Virus record (IMG/VR): IMGVR_UViG_3300030060_003575
Location: 11,142 to 75,141 of that record
From: a virus
Length of the DNA: 64,000 bases
Reading direction: 5' to 3' (one strand)
Part shown: one piece after another, positions 29,875 through 39,714 of the stretch
Numbering within the stretch: position 1 is the first letter of the stretch
Layout of the letters: every line of letters begins with the position of its first letter
Position numbers and translations under genes: made by a program
The notes under the pieces: generated by a model
Database searches by the model: none
The model's input: only the letters and a program-made list of their open reading frames with translations
What the model was told of the DNA's origin: nothing

Positions 29875-30788
29875 AATCCTTCTACATCCAACGTTGATAG
29901 TTTATCCTTATCTATATTGAACATAGGATATAGTTTCTTAGTTGTCAATCTTTGTGCTACTGCTGTGCATTTGCAAGCATCACAAATTGCCTGTTGAGTA
30001 TGTTCAACCTTACCAATCTTTCTAAGCATAGAGGCTATCCAAACAGCAGAAGCCATATGACTCCTTGTAAAATGAATATCTCTCAACGTTAGATAATCAT
30101 GGATATAATTTACAACCGTCTTTGTTTCCGATGTAAACTCAATCGAGGCATCTAAGTCAGAACATATTCTATCAACCCAAGGATTAATAGGCATGTTTTG
30201 CAGTATGTTAGACTTGCCTAAATGTCTAGCAAAATGTCTAGCATACTTAGATACCTTATGTGCATCTTCATTGTTTTGTTCTGCTATTTCAGATATTGTT
30301 ATAGGAACCCCATTTTCTCTCAAACAAATAACAACAATCGCACATGCTCGTAATGGCAATGTCACTCCCCTTAACTTATGGTCTAGATACAAAGAACGAT
30401 AGTAACTGTGTACTCTGTCCTTTAACCCATGATTTGGTAGGAATGGTGACATAACCATATTACATTCTAACAATCCCTTTTGAATAGAGGTTTCATGTGA
30501 ACTACTTCTAAATCTCTTATTAGTCCTTCTAAGTTGTCTACTCAAACGACTGTTATCATCATTACCAATTAGTGACCCTAATTCTCCGGGTCTATCTATT
30601 TCATTCTTATAGGTAAAATTACCTGCTTTCAATTGTTCATAGTCAATGGTTCGGTTTGTCTTATCCTCAAAGATATTACGAACCTGCACATAACCACAAT
30701 CATCACAGACTGTTTCACCCATTCTATCATCATAACTAAAATTATTTCCATCACATTCTTCACATTTCATGAAATCACCGTGTCCCAA
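29856..30788 (-). CDS. tfb: transcription initiation factor IIB (TFB) homologue
   Basis: Zn ribbon CEEC...GETVCDDCGYV and two cyclin-like repeats (PITISEIA; TQQAI). Confidence 0.85.
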   Translation of the reverse strand: MGHGDFMKCEECDGNNFSYDDRMGETVCDDCGYVQVRNIFEDKTNRTIDYEQLKAGNFTYKNEIDRPGELGSLIGNDDNSRLSRQLRRTNKRFRSSSHETSIQKGLLECNMVMSPFLPNHGLKDRVHSYYRSLYLDHKLRGVTLPLRACAIVVICLRENGVPITISEIAEQNNEDAHKVSKYARHFARHLGKSNILQNMPINPWVDRICSDLDASIEFTSETKTVVNYIHDYLTLRDIHFTRSHMASAVWIASMLRKIGKVEHTQQAICDACKCTAVAQRLTTKKLYPMFNIDKDKLSTLDVEGFCAGIR

Positions 30789-32116
30789 TTATAATCTATA
30801 TCCCCCATGAATTCCCAATCTAGACTAAATCTAGATTCTACTTTTCCTTCCATCACTCTACGAGGAATATATCTACCTATTGTATTAACTAACTTTACAG
30901 TTACATTGTCATTCAATAGTGCTAATGCCCTAGCAGCATATTGGTCACCTAAACTAGAGTTAGCATGTATATTGTCAATACATATAGGCCCATTGAATCT
31001 ACCTAGTAACTTAGTATCAAAGTCTGATGGATTAGTTATTGGCTGTGCCTCATCAGAAATAAATACATATGTCTTTACTTTCTGAGTATCAGTCTTGTAA
31101 GCAGAATTAATGATAACCCAATCACATAGTTTACCTCTAACTAACATTACTTTATATCTGCTCCTGTGGTTAGTGTAATCTAGAATCTTAATCCTATCTG
31201 GGTATTTAACTTCAAGGCTGTTCATCAATTCCTTTGCCCTGTTCTCAATCATATCAGATGTTCTGTTTTGAACAAGGAATTCTTCCATAAGTTCCAATGC
31301 TGCTTCGCTAGGTTCTTCACCCATAAGTTTAGTCCATAACTTCTTAGGTGTAGTATTAGCCCATGTCTTTGCTCTAGAATGTTCATGATAAAAATAGTTA
31401 ACCATAATATCTAAATCAGCAACGTTGATTGGTGCCCAAATACCATCTGATATTTCAATAGCGGCTTCTGTATTACTAATCAACACAGTGTTTAACCTAC
31501 AACTAACCTTCTCTCTTTCCTTTACGTTAAAGTACCAGAATGGTGTTCTGTTTTCCAATACATAGGTAACATTCTCTGGCATTGTTATCATTCTAATTAC
31601 ATATTCGAGTAAAGGTTGCGCCTCTTTCTCAAAGCAAGAACGGTAAATATATCTAGATAAAGCAAAAAGCAAATTCTTCTTTCTAACTCTTTGATTCATC
31701 ATCTTGTAATATGTCTGTCCCTTTTCAACCATTACGGCCATACTGCTTTCGGGCAATACAAAAGCCATTTTAAATTGCTTAGGAACATGATTACGGTAAC
31801 TGTTTCTTGAACCCCAACCTAACACAGTCTGAAGAACATTCTTTAGTTCAACCATCAAAGGTTCTCCTTTATCATATGCTCTTTGCTGCAACTTACAATT
31901 TACAATTGTCCTTTCTATCTCTCTATTATTCTCAACAATAGCAAGATAACTCTTACCACTATATCTACGCATCTTTAGCCTTTCAATAGGGTAAGTAGAG
32001 TATATATCCACCTTTGTCTGGTGAAAACTACTATCATCATTTGCTGAGTATATTCTAAATACACACTCATGCTTATTTCCATAATGGTCAAACATTTTAA
32101 TTCCTCGGTTTCTCAT
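30767..32116 (-). CDS. hypothetical protein (C-terminal NGPICID...GDQxxxRALALLND motif)
   Basis: 449-aa coupled ORF. Confidence 0.7.
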   Translation of the reverse strand: MRNRGIKMFDHYGNKHECVFRIYSANDDSSFHQTKVDIYSTYPIERLKMRRYSGKSYLAIVENNREIERTIVNCKLQQRAYDKGEPLMVELKNVLQTVLGWGSRNSYRNHVPKQFKMAFVLPESSMAVMVEKGQTYYKMMNQRVRKKNLLFALSRYIYRSCFEKEAQPLLEYVIRMITMPENVTYVLENRTPFWYFNVKEREKVSCRLNTVLISNTEAAIEISDGIWAPINVADLDIMVNYFYHEHSRAKTWANTTPKKLWTKLMGEEPSEAALELMEEFLVQNRTSDMIENRAKELMNSLEVKYPDRIKILDYTNHRSRYKVMLVRGKLCDWVIINSAYKTDTQKVKTYVFISDEAQPITNPSDFDTKLLGRFNGPICIDNIHANSSLGDQYAARALALLNDNVTVKLVNTIGRYIPRRVMEGKVESRFSLDWEFMGDIDYNWDTVIS

Positions 32117-32492
32117 TTACTAGAAGAAAGTCCGGTGGCTTTTGAATAAACTTACCATTTACATGGAATGTTCTCCATCCTAACTTTCTTCTCTCTTCCC
32201 ACTTATCTTGCTTTCTAGTAAACCAACCACTCTTCTTCAATTCCTGTAGATAGGGTAGTTTGCATCCTTTCAAGAAAGCATATACTATTATAACATCTTT
32301 CGGTAACTTCTTAAACTGAGTCCAAGAATAGGTAATACCTTCAATGGTTGGTCTTTCTAACCCATTACCTTTACTCTTACCGAAGCCGTCACTTCTCTTA
32401 CGCTTAATCTTATTATCTCTAAGATACTTTTGAAGTCCTGCTATAATTTCACTCTTGGTGTAATCACCATACAATTCTACTATTTCACTCAT
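32097..32492 (-). CDS. hypothetical basic protein
   Basis: Coupled ORF. Confidence 0.6.
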   Translation of the reverse strand: MSEIVELYGDYTKSEIIAGLQKYLRDNKIKRKRSDGFGKSKGNGLERPTIEGITYSWTQFKKLPKDVIIVYAFLKGCKLPYLQELKKSGWFTRKQDKWEERRKLGWRTFHVNGKFIQKPPDFLLVNEKPRN

Positions 32493-32928
32493 TTATATCA
32501 ACCTCAACATATTCTACGTCCTTTACATAGTAACCTGTGTGTAGTCTAACATTAAACTTACCCAACGGTACAATGCTTATAAATTCCAACTCAAGTCTCT
32601 TTCTTCTCTCGTTGAATTTATACTTCCAGATGATGTGCTTATCTCGCCATCTTGTGCATTGAAACTTCTTTCGCTTTGCTACCTTTTCGATAGCGGTTGC
32701 TATTTTCAATACATCTTCGACTTCTGCATCTGGCACTCTTTCTTCAAGCCTCTCAATAAAGTGTGGAGTGAAGATTGCCCAAAAGAAATGGAACCCGTCT
32801 TCTTTTATCACCTTTTCGTGAATAGCAGAAAACGGATTGAAGTATTTGCCACATGCTGTGCATACCATCTTTCCATTACCTTTCATCTCAAATTTATCAT
32901 TTCCACATCTACAGTCATTAAATCTCAT
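32485..32928 (-). CDS. hypothetical protein with N-terminal Zn ribbon
   Basis: CRCG...CTACG; HFIERLEER. Confidence 0.6.
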   Translation of the reverse strand: MRFNDCRCGNDKFEMKGNGKMVCTACGKYFNPFSAIHEKVIKEDGFHFFWAIFTPHFIERLEERVPDAEVEDVLKIATAIEKVAKRKKFQCTRWRDKHIIWKYKFNERRKRLELEFISIVPLGKFNVRLHTGYYVKDVEYVEVDINE

Positions 32929-33307
32929 TTTTATTCGCCTCTATATAGTTTGCTAATTGTTTCATTTCCATTATTTTAGTGTTGAATTCACTGTCGTCTT
33001 TTGCTTTACCAGAACATATGTAAATACGCTTGGCAAATCTTAACCAATCTCTCACAGAATACTTACCAGTAATAGTATCCTGCGTTGCCCTGTCAAATGA
33101 TGCATGTAAAGTTTCCGCATTGTGATACGGATACCTTGCACTCTTTGACAAGATTGTAGGCAATATATGTTCAATCTCATGCATTTCGTCACGCATATAT
33201 GATGCGATTAATGCAACGTGTTCTGGTGTTCTTATAATCTGGTGACTATATTTCACACGCACCGCCACCACACGCTGGTTCATCACCAAAATTAGTATCA
33301 TCATCAT
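32918..33307 (-). CDS. hypothetical protein (true start probably near 33256)
   Basis: ORF coupled to the end of nrdJ. Confidence 0.5.
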   Translation of the reverse strand: MMMILILVMNQRVVAVRVKYSHQIIRTPEHVALIASYMRDEMHEIEHILPTILSKSARYPYHNAETLHASFDRATQDTITGKYSVRDWLRFAKRIYICSGKAKDDSEFNTKIMEMKQLANYIEANKNEI

Positions 33308-35129
33308 ATTCTATTATTTGCGTTAGGTCTAATGCCTTTAGAGATTTCATCATTTCTTCATAAGTACCTTTAGTACAAGCCTCAAATGGTGCTTGCACAT
33401 ATACTGAATCATCATTAGGGAAACAGGATAATCCATTGTAGAAGTGTCTGTTTAGCCACATCCACTCTCCAACTTCATTCCAATCATTCTTATTGATGTA
33501 AACAGTTGCTGATACATTGTGGGTATTCTGTCCATTACTATGTCCAGGGTTTACCCATCTAACCGTTGTGTTCTTTACTCTTTCTAAGAACATAAACGTG
33601 TCTTCTTGCTTCTTCAATAATGCACCTACTGGTGCTTTCTGTGGTATCTCAATAATCATTCCATCAGGATTGAATTGGTCTTCAACAATCAATTCTGGAT
33701 GGTTTTCTACCAGATAACCACAGATTGCCTCAGTCTTTCCAACTCTTATTCTTCTGATGTAATAATCGTTATGCCATGCATGTATACCAGAAGATGAACC
33801 ACAAACCATAGATGCAGTACCACTTGGCTTAACACAAGTAATCCTAGCAGCAGCGTTTATTCCTAGAACATCTGCCCATTTCTTGTTAACTTCCTTAGCC
33901 ATGTATGCAGTACCAGTAATGTCTAGATTAGTTACCTTATTGGATGCTAGTCCTGTCATTGATACACCTAGTAATGCATCCTTCTCAGTCGTTGTCTTCC
34001 ATATATCTCTTAGATAGTGGAAGTCAGTATAAGATGCTTGAAGAGTACCTAGTATAGTAGCGGCCTCAACTCTAGCATTCAAATCTTCTTGGTCAACAAC
34101 ACTTGAAGAATTTATTTCTGTCAAATTACAGAATTGATAGGGTCTAAGAGCAATCTCGCAGCAAGGATTCGTTCCCCAATCTTTATCATTTGTTAGATAA
34201 ATACCCGGTTCTCCAGAACCACCTGCTTCAATTCTATCCCATATCTTATCAAAGAAGTCTTTCTTTATCCTGTGTCTTAGTAATACTACAGAATTGTTAG
34301 CACGTTGTCTCTGAGGATTCTTCTCCCAAAACTGTCCTGCTTTACAATTCATCATGTGTGCATCATCAGCACTAAACAAAGCAATCAAAGCGGCCCTTCT
34401 ATTACCACCTGCTGTTACTGCATCTGCAAGATGGCACATAATATCATGGCACTCTAAAGTAGATAGTTGTTCACCATCTTCCTTTGTTTGTAGTATATTC
34501 TCTACTTTAACCATACATTCTCTCAATGGTTCAGGGCCGGGTGCTCTACCGCCTCTTGTCTTTAACCTTGCACCTTTCGGTCTAATATCATCATAGATAA
34601 ATCTAGGTCGCTGAGTCAATTCACCAGTATAAGAACGGAATAGTTCTTTAACTGCATCTGCCCAACCAATAATAGAATCCTGAATAACAATCTTTCTTGT
34701 TCTATCTTTGTTTGGTTGTTTAATCTCAGGCAGTTGTCTAACGTGATGTTGTTGAACAGAATATCCTAATCCTGTCCCATTCATCAACAAAAACATTGCT
34801 TCATGGAAACACTCAACCGAATCCACAGGCATGTATGAACAGTTGTAAATACTGTTAGGTGATACTTCAATAGCCTTACCTGCATATTGCATAGACCTCA
34901 TAGATGGAAGTATCTTAAATGGTAATACATAGTGCTCATAAATATCTACAACCTTAGTGTAGTATTCAGACATCTCCCCATATCCCATCTCTTTTAACTT
35001 ATTCAAATGCATATCTCTGTTTCTATATACAATCTCTTCCCATGTTTCTTTCCTTAACGCTTCTGGTAGCCACTTGGCATACTTCATGTATATCGTTATG
35101 TCACTCATTATTTTACTTGCTAATTCCAT
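33246..35129 (-). CDS. nrdJ: class II (B12-dependent) ribonucleotide reductase
   Basis: TNPCCEI, CNLTEIN, KPSGT and C-terminal ACGGGACEI; no small subunit nearby. Confidence 0.9.
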   Translation of the reverse strand: MELASKIMSDITIYMKYAKWLPEALRKETWEEIVYRNRDMHLNKLKEMGYGEMSEYYTKVVDIYEHYVLPFKILPSMRSMQYAGKAIEVSPNSIYNCSYMPVDSVECFHEAMFLLMNGTGLGYSVQQHHVRQLPEIKQPNKDRTRKIVIQDSIIGWADAVKELFRSYTGELTQRPRFIYDDIRPKGARLKTRGGRAPGPEPLRECMVKVENILQTKEDGEQLSTLECHDIMCHLADAVTAGGNRRAALIALFSADDAHMMNCKAGQFWEKNPQRQRANNSVVLLRHRIKKDFFDKIWDRIEAGGSGEPGIYLTNDKDWGTNPCCEIALRPYQFCNLTEINSSSVVDQEDLNARVEAATILGTLQASYTDFHYLRDIWKTTTEKDALLGVSMTGLASNKVTNLDITGTAYMAKEVNKKWADVLGINAAARITCVKPSGTASMVCGSSSGIHAWHNDYYIRRIRVGKTEAICGYLVENHPELIVEDQFNPDGMIIEIPQKAPVGALLKKQEDTFMFLERVKNTTVRWVNPGHSNGQNTHNVSATVYINKNDWNEVGEWMWLNRHFYNGLSCFPNDDSVYVQAPFEACTKGTYEEMMKSLKALDLTQIIEYDDDTNFGDEPACGGGACEI

Positions 35130-35130
35130 T

Positions 35131-35514
35131 TTAACACCTTACTGTTTTCCTATATGGCATTTCTGCTAGATTGGTAAATGCCGTAACCCATTCGCCGGAC
35201 TTTTTAATTGCCCATTGCTTTTCTATTTTAATTTCCCATTCAGGGAAAGTCTCTATTGCCTTAATTCCATATCTTTCAATCATTTGATTAAAGTCTGTGA
35301 AAGTGTGGCCATCATATATAACTTGCATTTCCCCATCACAAACAATTAATGCTTTTGTGCTATATGCAAATACATGACCTAATGGATAAAAGTCTGCTCT
35401 AACTACAGCCAATCCATCGTGAGTCATAAAATCTTCTTTTATGTTCCAACCAAATATTCTCATTAAATCTGGTAGAACATTTTCATCTACAAAATTAATA
35501 TTATCCTTTAACAT
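35131..35514 (-). CDS. hypothetical protein
   Basis: ORF, 127 aa. Confidence 0.6.
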   Translation of the reverse strand: MLKDNINFVDENVLPDLMRIFGWNIKEDFMTHDGLAVVRADFYPLGHVFAYSTKALIVCDGEMQVIYDGHTFTDFNQMIERYGIKAIETFPEWEIKIEKQWAIKKSGEWVTAFTNLAEMPYRKTVRC

Positions 35515-35582
35515 TCATTTGCCCCCTTTTTGTGAGGGTGGGACGTTGAAGGCTATACGCCCCAACCCTCAATACCAGTGTT

Positions 35583-35789
35583 TTACTGGATACCGCCAAC
35601 AATGGCTGGTATTAAATCTACAGACTCAACGGAGTCCCAACTTACTGATGAAATCATTTCTCTGGAGGTTAAGTCGCCATCAATAACTACCCAATGTGAA
35701 GGGTGGTCGTTTATTTGGTCTATAACCTTCTCAGCCGTCTGATTTACCAGTTCTGTATGTCCTGTCTCATTAATTATCGTCAATAACAT
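35583..35789 (-). CDS. ubiquitin-like (MoaD/ThiS/SAMP beta-grasp) protein precursor
   Basis: 68 aa from the ATG at 35789 (GAGGA RBS); WVVIDG...VDLIPAIVGG followed by a 2-residue extension IQ. Confidence 0.75.
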   Translation of the reverse strand: MLLTIINETGHTELVNQTAEKVIDQINDHPSHWVVIDGDLTSREMISSVSWDSVESVDLIPAIVGGIQ

Positions 35790-35829
35790 ATTCATTCCTC
35801 GGTAATTTTTTGTAAAGCAAGCCGCCTTA

Positions 35830-36033
35830 TCAATCTTGCGCTTGCCTTCCTTCCAATAGCCTAGCAGTAAGCAGGTTAATGGTTTCTTCATATTTGTTTA
35901 CTAAAACAGCCAAATTCCTATTAGCCGTTACTAGGGATTGATACCCTACACTTAACTGGTTAAGTTGCTCAGTCGCCTTTTCCAACTCTTCTTCCAGTTC
36001 CTTCTTGGTCTTAGTCTTTTCACTCATGTCCAA
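35830..36033 (-). CDS. coiled-coil protein
   Basis: Heptad Leu pattern. Confidence 0.6.
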   Translation of the reverse strand: MDMSEKTKTKKELEEELEKATEQLNQLSVGYQSLVTANRNLAVLVNKYEETINLLTARLLEGRQAQD

Positions 36034-37181
36034 TCATTCCTTGTATTATCGCGCTTTAGTTTTTTTATCCAAGAACTCGCGTCATGCTTGGAGATTTCAT
36101 CAAGGTCGCCTTCATACCCTAACTTAATCAAATAGTCCTTTTGTTTCTGTGTGGCTAATTCAACGTTCCCATCACCGTTTACTATATCCCACAGTTTATT
36201 CACTTGATTTTCACTCAAAACAGTACCATTTAACATTTTCTTCTTAATATCTTTAAGGAAACTTTCTTCCCAATTGTCCTTACCCTGTTCAGGAACAAAC
36301 GGTTTTATTCCATAATACTCACAGGCTTCGGCAAATTCTTCCGAATGTGTGATGTTCTCAAGGTTTGCCACAACTTTTTGCTTCCTTTCAAAGTCTCTCG
36401 TCTTGGCTCTCTTTTGATTTCTATCAAATTCTTCCAGAGTCTCGCGTCTTTTAGCCAACATTTTGTCCTCTTTTTCCACTTCTGCCTCTGCCTGTTCCAC
36501 GTTAAAGAAGAACATCAACAAATCGCTGTAAAGTTTCTGATTAGGAAAACCGTAGGTATTTATCTGCGCTTTTGGATTATCTGGATGATTCCATCTCCAA
36601 ACTATAGAAGCCATTCTATAGCCGGGTTGTCCATACTTTCCACTTGAAGACTTACGGATATAGGTTTTATCTCGATACATTTTGTGGTATGCATCATAAT
36701 ATCTACCTTTCTTTCTAACGTTCACTCTTAGGTCAAGGTCTTTGACCCTATCAAACATATTAGTAAACTGCTCCCCATGTAGTCTCCACCAAGCATTTCT
36801 CTTTAACGCTTGAACTCTAACAGTAATCCATTCCTCTATCATTTCATCAGTAATCTGGTCATCTGCTAAACCAGTTTCTTCTTTGATAGCCCTAAAGATT
36901 AGGTAAGAGTTAATGTGGTCTGAACCTACACATTCACGCACACCAGTCTCAGTATTGTGAATCTCAAAGTGATATACTATATCATGTCCACATAAACACT
37001 TACGAATATGTTTCTTTGCCCATTCGGGTGGGTCACCCAATTCACTCCACCAAACTTCACCAGTGGCTATCCACTCATGTTTGGCATCATCGTAATTATC
37101 AGCCTTGGATAGAATAACCATATTTTCTATTAGTTTTCTATCCCAACGACCATTACCTAATTGTCTATTAGGCTTAACCAT
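36024..37181 (-). CDS. hypothetical protein with Zn-binding motif
   Basis: CLCGH...VGSDH; C-terminal ATQKQ..YL..LG...ASxWI motif. Confidence 0.7.
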   Translation of the reverse strand: MVKPNRQLGNGRWDRKLIENMVILSKADNYDDAKHEWIATGEVWWSELGDPPEWAKKHIRKCLCGHDIVYHFEIHNTETGVRECVGSDHINSYLIFRAIKEETGLADDQITDEMIEEWITVRVQALKRNAWWRLHGEQFTNMFDRVKDLDLRVNVRKKGRYYDAYHKMYRDKTYIRKSSSGKYGQPGYRMASIVWRWNHPDNPKAQINTYGFPNQKLYSDLLMFFFNVEQAEAEVEKEDKMLAKRRETLEEFDRNQKRAKTRDFERKQKVVANLENITHSEEFAEACEYYGIKPFVPEQGKDNWEESFLKDIKKKMLNGTVLSENQVNKLWDIVNGDGNVELATQKQKDYLIKLGYEGDLDEISKHDASSWIKKLKRDNTRNDWT

Positions 37182-37630
37182 TAGGCATTACTCCCTGCTG
37201 GCCCCTTATCATACTTATCATATGGGGTATTAGTCTGATGTTTAAATCTATTCAATTTAGACTGCGTTGCTTGCCTTCTTCTTGCTATTGCATTGTTCTT
37301 CGTTAATTCATCAACAGCAATACGTGAAAACTGGGGCTGATTACCTCCTGCACCAGTCAATAAATAATCCCACACTTTAATAGTGCTGTCTTTATTTTTA
37401 AGTGTATACATGAAATATCTGCCTTCCTTTTTTGCCTTCTCTCTTACTTCTGTTGTCCACTCTAATCCTCTTTCAAATATAGTGAGGTCTTCTCTATAAT
37501 CATTCGGCATTGGAGGAACACCGTCTATTTGCATAACATTCTTTCTGTCTACAACAACATAGACTTTACCAGAGTATTGTCCTTTTATTCCTCTGACAAT
37601 TTCGCCATCTGTTAATACTTTATATGCCAT
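37181..37630 (-). CDS. hypothetical protein
   Basis: Coupled ORF. Confidence 0.65.
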   Translation of the reverse strand: MAYKVLTDGEIVRGIKGQYSGKVYVVVDRKNVMQIDGVPPMPNDYREDLTIFERGLEWTTEVREKAKKEGRYFMYTLKNKDSTIKVWDYLLTGAGGNQPQFSRIAVDELTKNNAIARRRQATQSKLNRFKHQTNTPYDKYDKGPAGSNA

Positions 37631-38045
37631 TATTCTTCCTCTTCGTTTGTATTATAGTACAAAAGATGGTAAATTGCATCATTCAAATAAGTTTCATCGT
37701 TCACATTATAATTGATGAGCAATTCTATTATTTGTTCCATGCCTTCATCTGTTTGTGCTTTCTTCATCGTTGCTCTAATCAATTCTAGATTCATTTAGAT
37801 ACCTCTCATATACATTCTTATCCCAATACCAAATTGCTGCGATTGCTACTGTTGCATACAAAGCAAACAGTTCTGCAAAATCCCTAAAGGTATATTCTAT
37901 TTTCTCAATCCACGGATGGTAGTTATAATTCACTTTGAAAACCTCCGTAGTTTGGCTACTCTCCTACAATGAGCGCAGGGTGATTGCTTATGAATTGCTC
38001 CCTTCGGGATGCCGAATCCGCAAACCTCACAATTATGTTTAGCCA

Positions 38046-38237
38046 TTATTGCACACCTGCCTTGTAATCATACCATTCCAAGAATGGTACTGTTTTAGTC
38101 TCTATGGTGAATATAGTTCCACTACATAGATGCACTTCAACAAACCCATCATCTGTTCTTGTTACTGCTGCTATCTGTTCATATTTAAATCTGGTATAAC
38201 CAGTTCCTGTCTTATAATAATTATCTATCTCATTCAT
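38046..38237 (-). CDS. hypothetical protein
   Basis: GAGGA RBS, 63 aa. Confidence 0.55.
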   Translation of the reverse strand: MNEIDNYYKTGTGYTRFKYEQIAAVTRTDDGFVEVHLCSGTIFTIETKTVPFLEWYDYKAGVQ

Positions 38238-38530
38238 ATTTATTCCTCAAAAATTTCTTTGCATCTTCCAAACTATCAATTATTTGAACTTGATGCATAA
38301 TGCCCAAATGGACTTTCTTCCTCTTTTTGTCTTCTATATATTGGTCAGCCATCCATTGCCTGAGTCTTAACGCTTCTAACTTATCTAATACTATTAAATA
38401 ATCCATTATTCTTCCTCCATACTAGGTATAGTCACTAAGACTACTTTACAATCATCACACAAATCATCCATTCTTGTCATCCATTCGTTACAAGTTGGAC
38501 ACTTTACTGATACTCTTCCCGACATACTTT

Positions 38531-38779
38531 TCACTCCATTTTCTGGAATGCTCTTTGGTCTGCTAGATGACTTGTTAATAGTTCATCTATCTTACCAAAC
38601 AATGCTTCTGCACATCCTCCAATAGTCTTTCTATGTAAACATAGCCAAATCGCATAATCACGATTGATAACTACCTTTGGTTGGTCTTGCTCATCCATAG
38701 TTATTACTATGGGTGGCATATCCACATCTTCAATTAAACGAAACTCAATCTCCCTTTTATCTTGTTCCTCTAATCTCAT
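38531..38779 (-). CDS. hypothetical protein
   Basis: Coupled ORF. Confidence 0.6.
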   Translation of the reverse strand: MRLEEQDKREIEFRLIEDVDMPPIVITMDEQDQPKVVINRDYAIWLCLHRKTIGGCAEALFGKIDELLTSHLADQRAFQKME

Positions 38780-39153
38780 TCTATTCCCACCGCTTTATCT
38801 TTTGTTTCCTTGAGCCTTTGTTCTTGGTCAAAAGAATTCTTTTGAATCTCTAGTTCATTATCTAGATTCTTGATTCTAAAGACGGCAGAATCAACTACCT
38901 GTCTTTCTTCCAATAACGTCCACTTTGGCATATTTAGCCATTCTATCTTCATTACAAGAGGGTAGGCAATACTTACCATCTGTCCCTCTTTCGTCTTAAG
39001 GTTCAAGAAGGAGTTTGCCATTGGCATATTGACATAAATCATCTCTCCTTCTATAGTCTCCAAACTCTCCCCATAGTCCTCAGACTCCTTATACTTATCC
39101 ATTGAGTATGTTACTCTCATGTTTAACTTGTTTTCTTTTTTCCAACTTTTCAT
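38776..39153 (-). CDS. hypothetical protein
   Basis: GAGGT RBS, 125 aa. Confidence 0.6.
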   Translation of the reverse strand: MKSWKKENKLNMRVTYSMDKYKESEDYGESLETIEGEMIYVNMPMANSFLNLKTKEGQMVSIAYPLVMKIEWLNMPKWTLLEERQVVDSAVFRIKNLDNELEIQKNSFDQEQRLKETKDKAVGIE

Positions 39154-39370
39154 TTTATTACCTCGTAATTGTCCTATCTTTCAGAACCTATTAAGGGTTT
39201 GCCCTCACGTTATTAAACCATCCACCATAACGCTTGCATTCTTCCTTAACATAACAATCACATGGTTCTGGTATGTATTCACCGATTGCTATCTGTTTCA
39301 TTATTATTCCTTTTATACATTTTTTGCATTCTTTCATTTTTATTTGCCTCCTATAAATATAGGTTTGAAT

Positions 39371-39457
39371 TGGTTGCGGGAGGGGGATTTGAACCCCCGA
39401 AGCACTACGCACCGAATCTTAAGTCCGGCCCCTTTGACCATACTTGGGAATCCCGCA
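39371..39457 (-). tRNA. trnL: tRNA-Leu(UAA) with encoded CCA
   Basis: Acceptor TGCGGGA/TCCCGCA plus ACCA; anticodon arm CCGGA-CTTAAGA-TTCGG; long variable arm; T arm GGGGG-TTCAAAT-CCCCC. Confidence 0.93.
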
Positions 39458-39462
39458 TTATG

Positions 39463-39699
39463 ATTGAGCAAAGGAAAAAGGAGGGAGAACGAATCCCTAA
39501 ATCTCGGAAGATAACACAAGAGAACTTCTACCTTTTATTACCGATTCAAAACCTTTGCTCAATAGTGAGTTTAATTGTGTAGGAAAAGCAAACGATTACA
39601 ATATTACTTGTGCCGAGCATCAATCGTTGTATTGGGTTTAATTGATTACTATGTCAACAGGGGCAACCCGTTATTTTTGCTTTTTAGTTACAAACCTAC
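39463..39699 (-). ncRNA. two tandem putative structured small RNAs upstream of the tRNA
   Basis: A 12-bp closing stem (39463-39474/39552-39563) and a second multi-stem unit (39579-39699). Confidence 0.35.
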
Positions 39700-39714
39700 C
39701 TTTATCCATTAGGA

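Noticed and set aside
39119-39582. ORFs overlapping the tRNA
   Set aside because: They are explained by the tRNA; only a short minus-strand Cys-rich ORF downstream of it is plausible.
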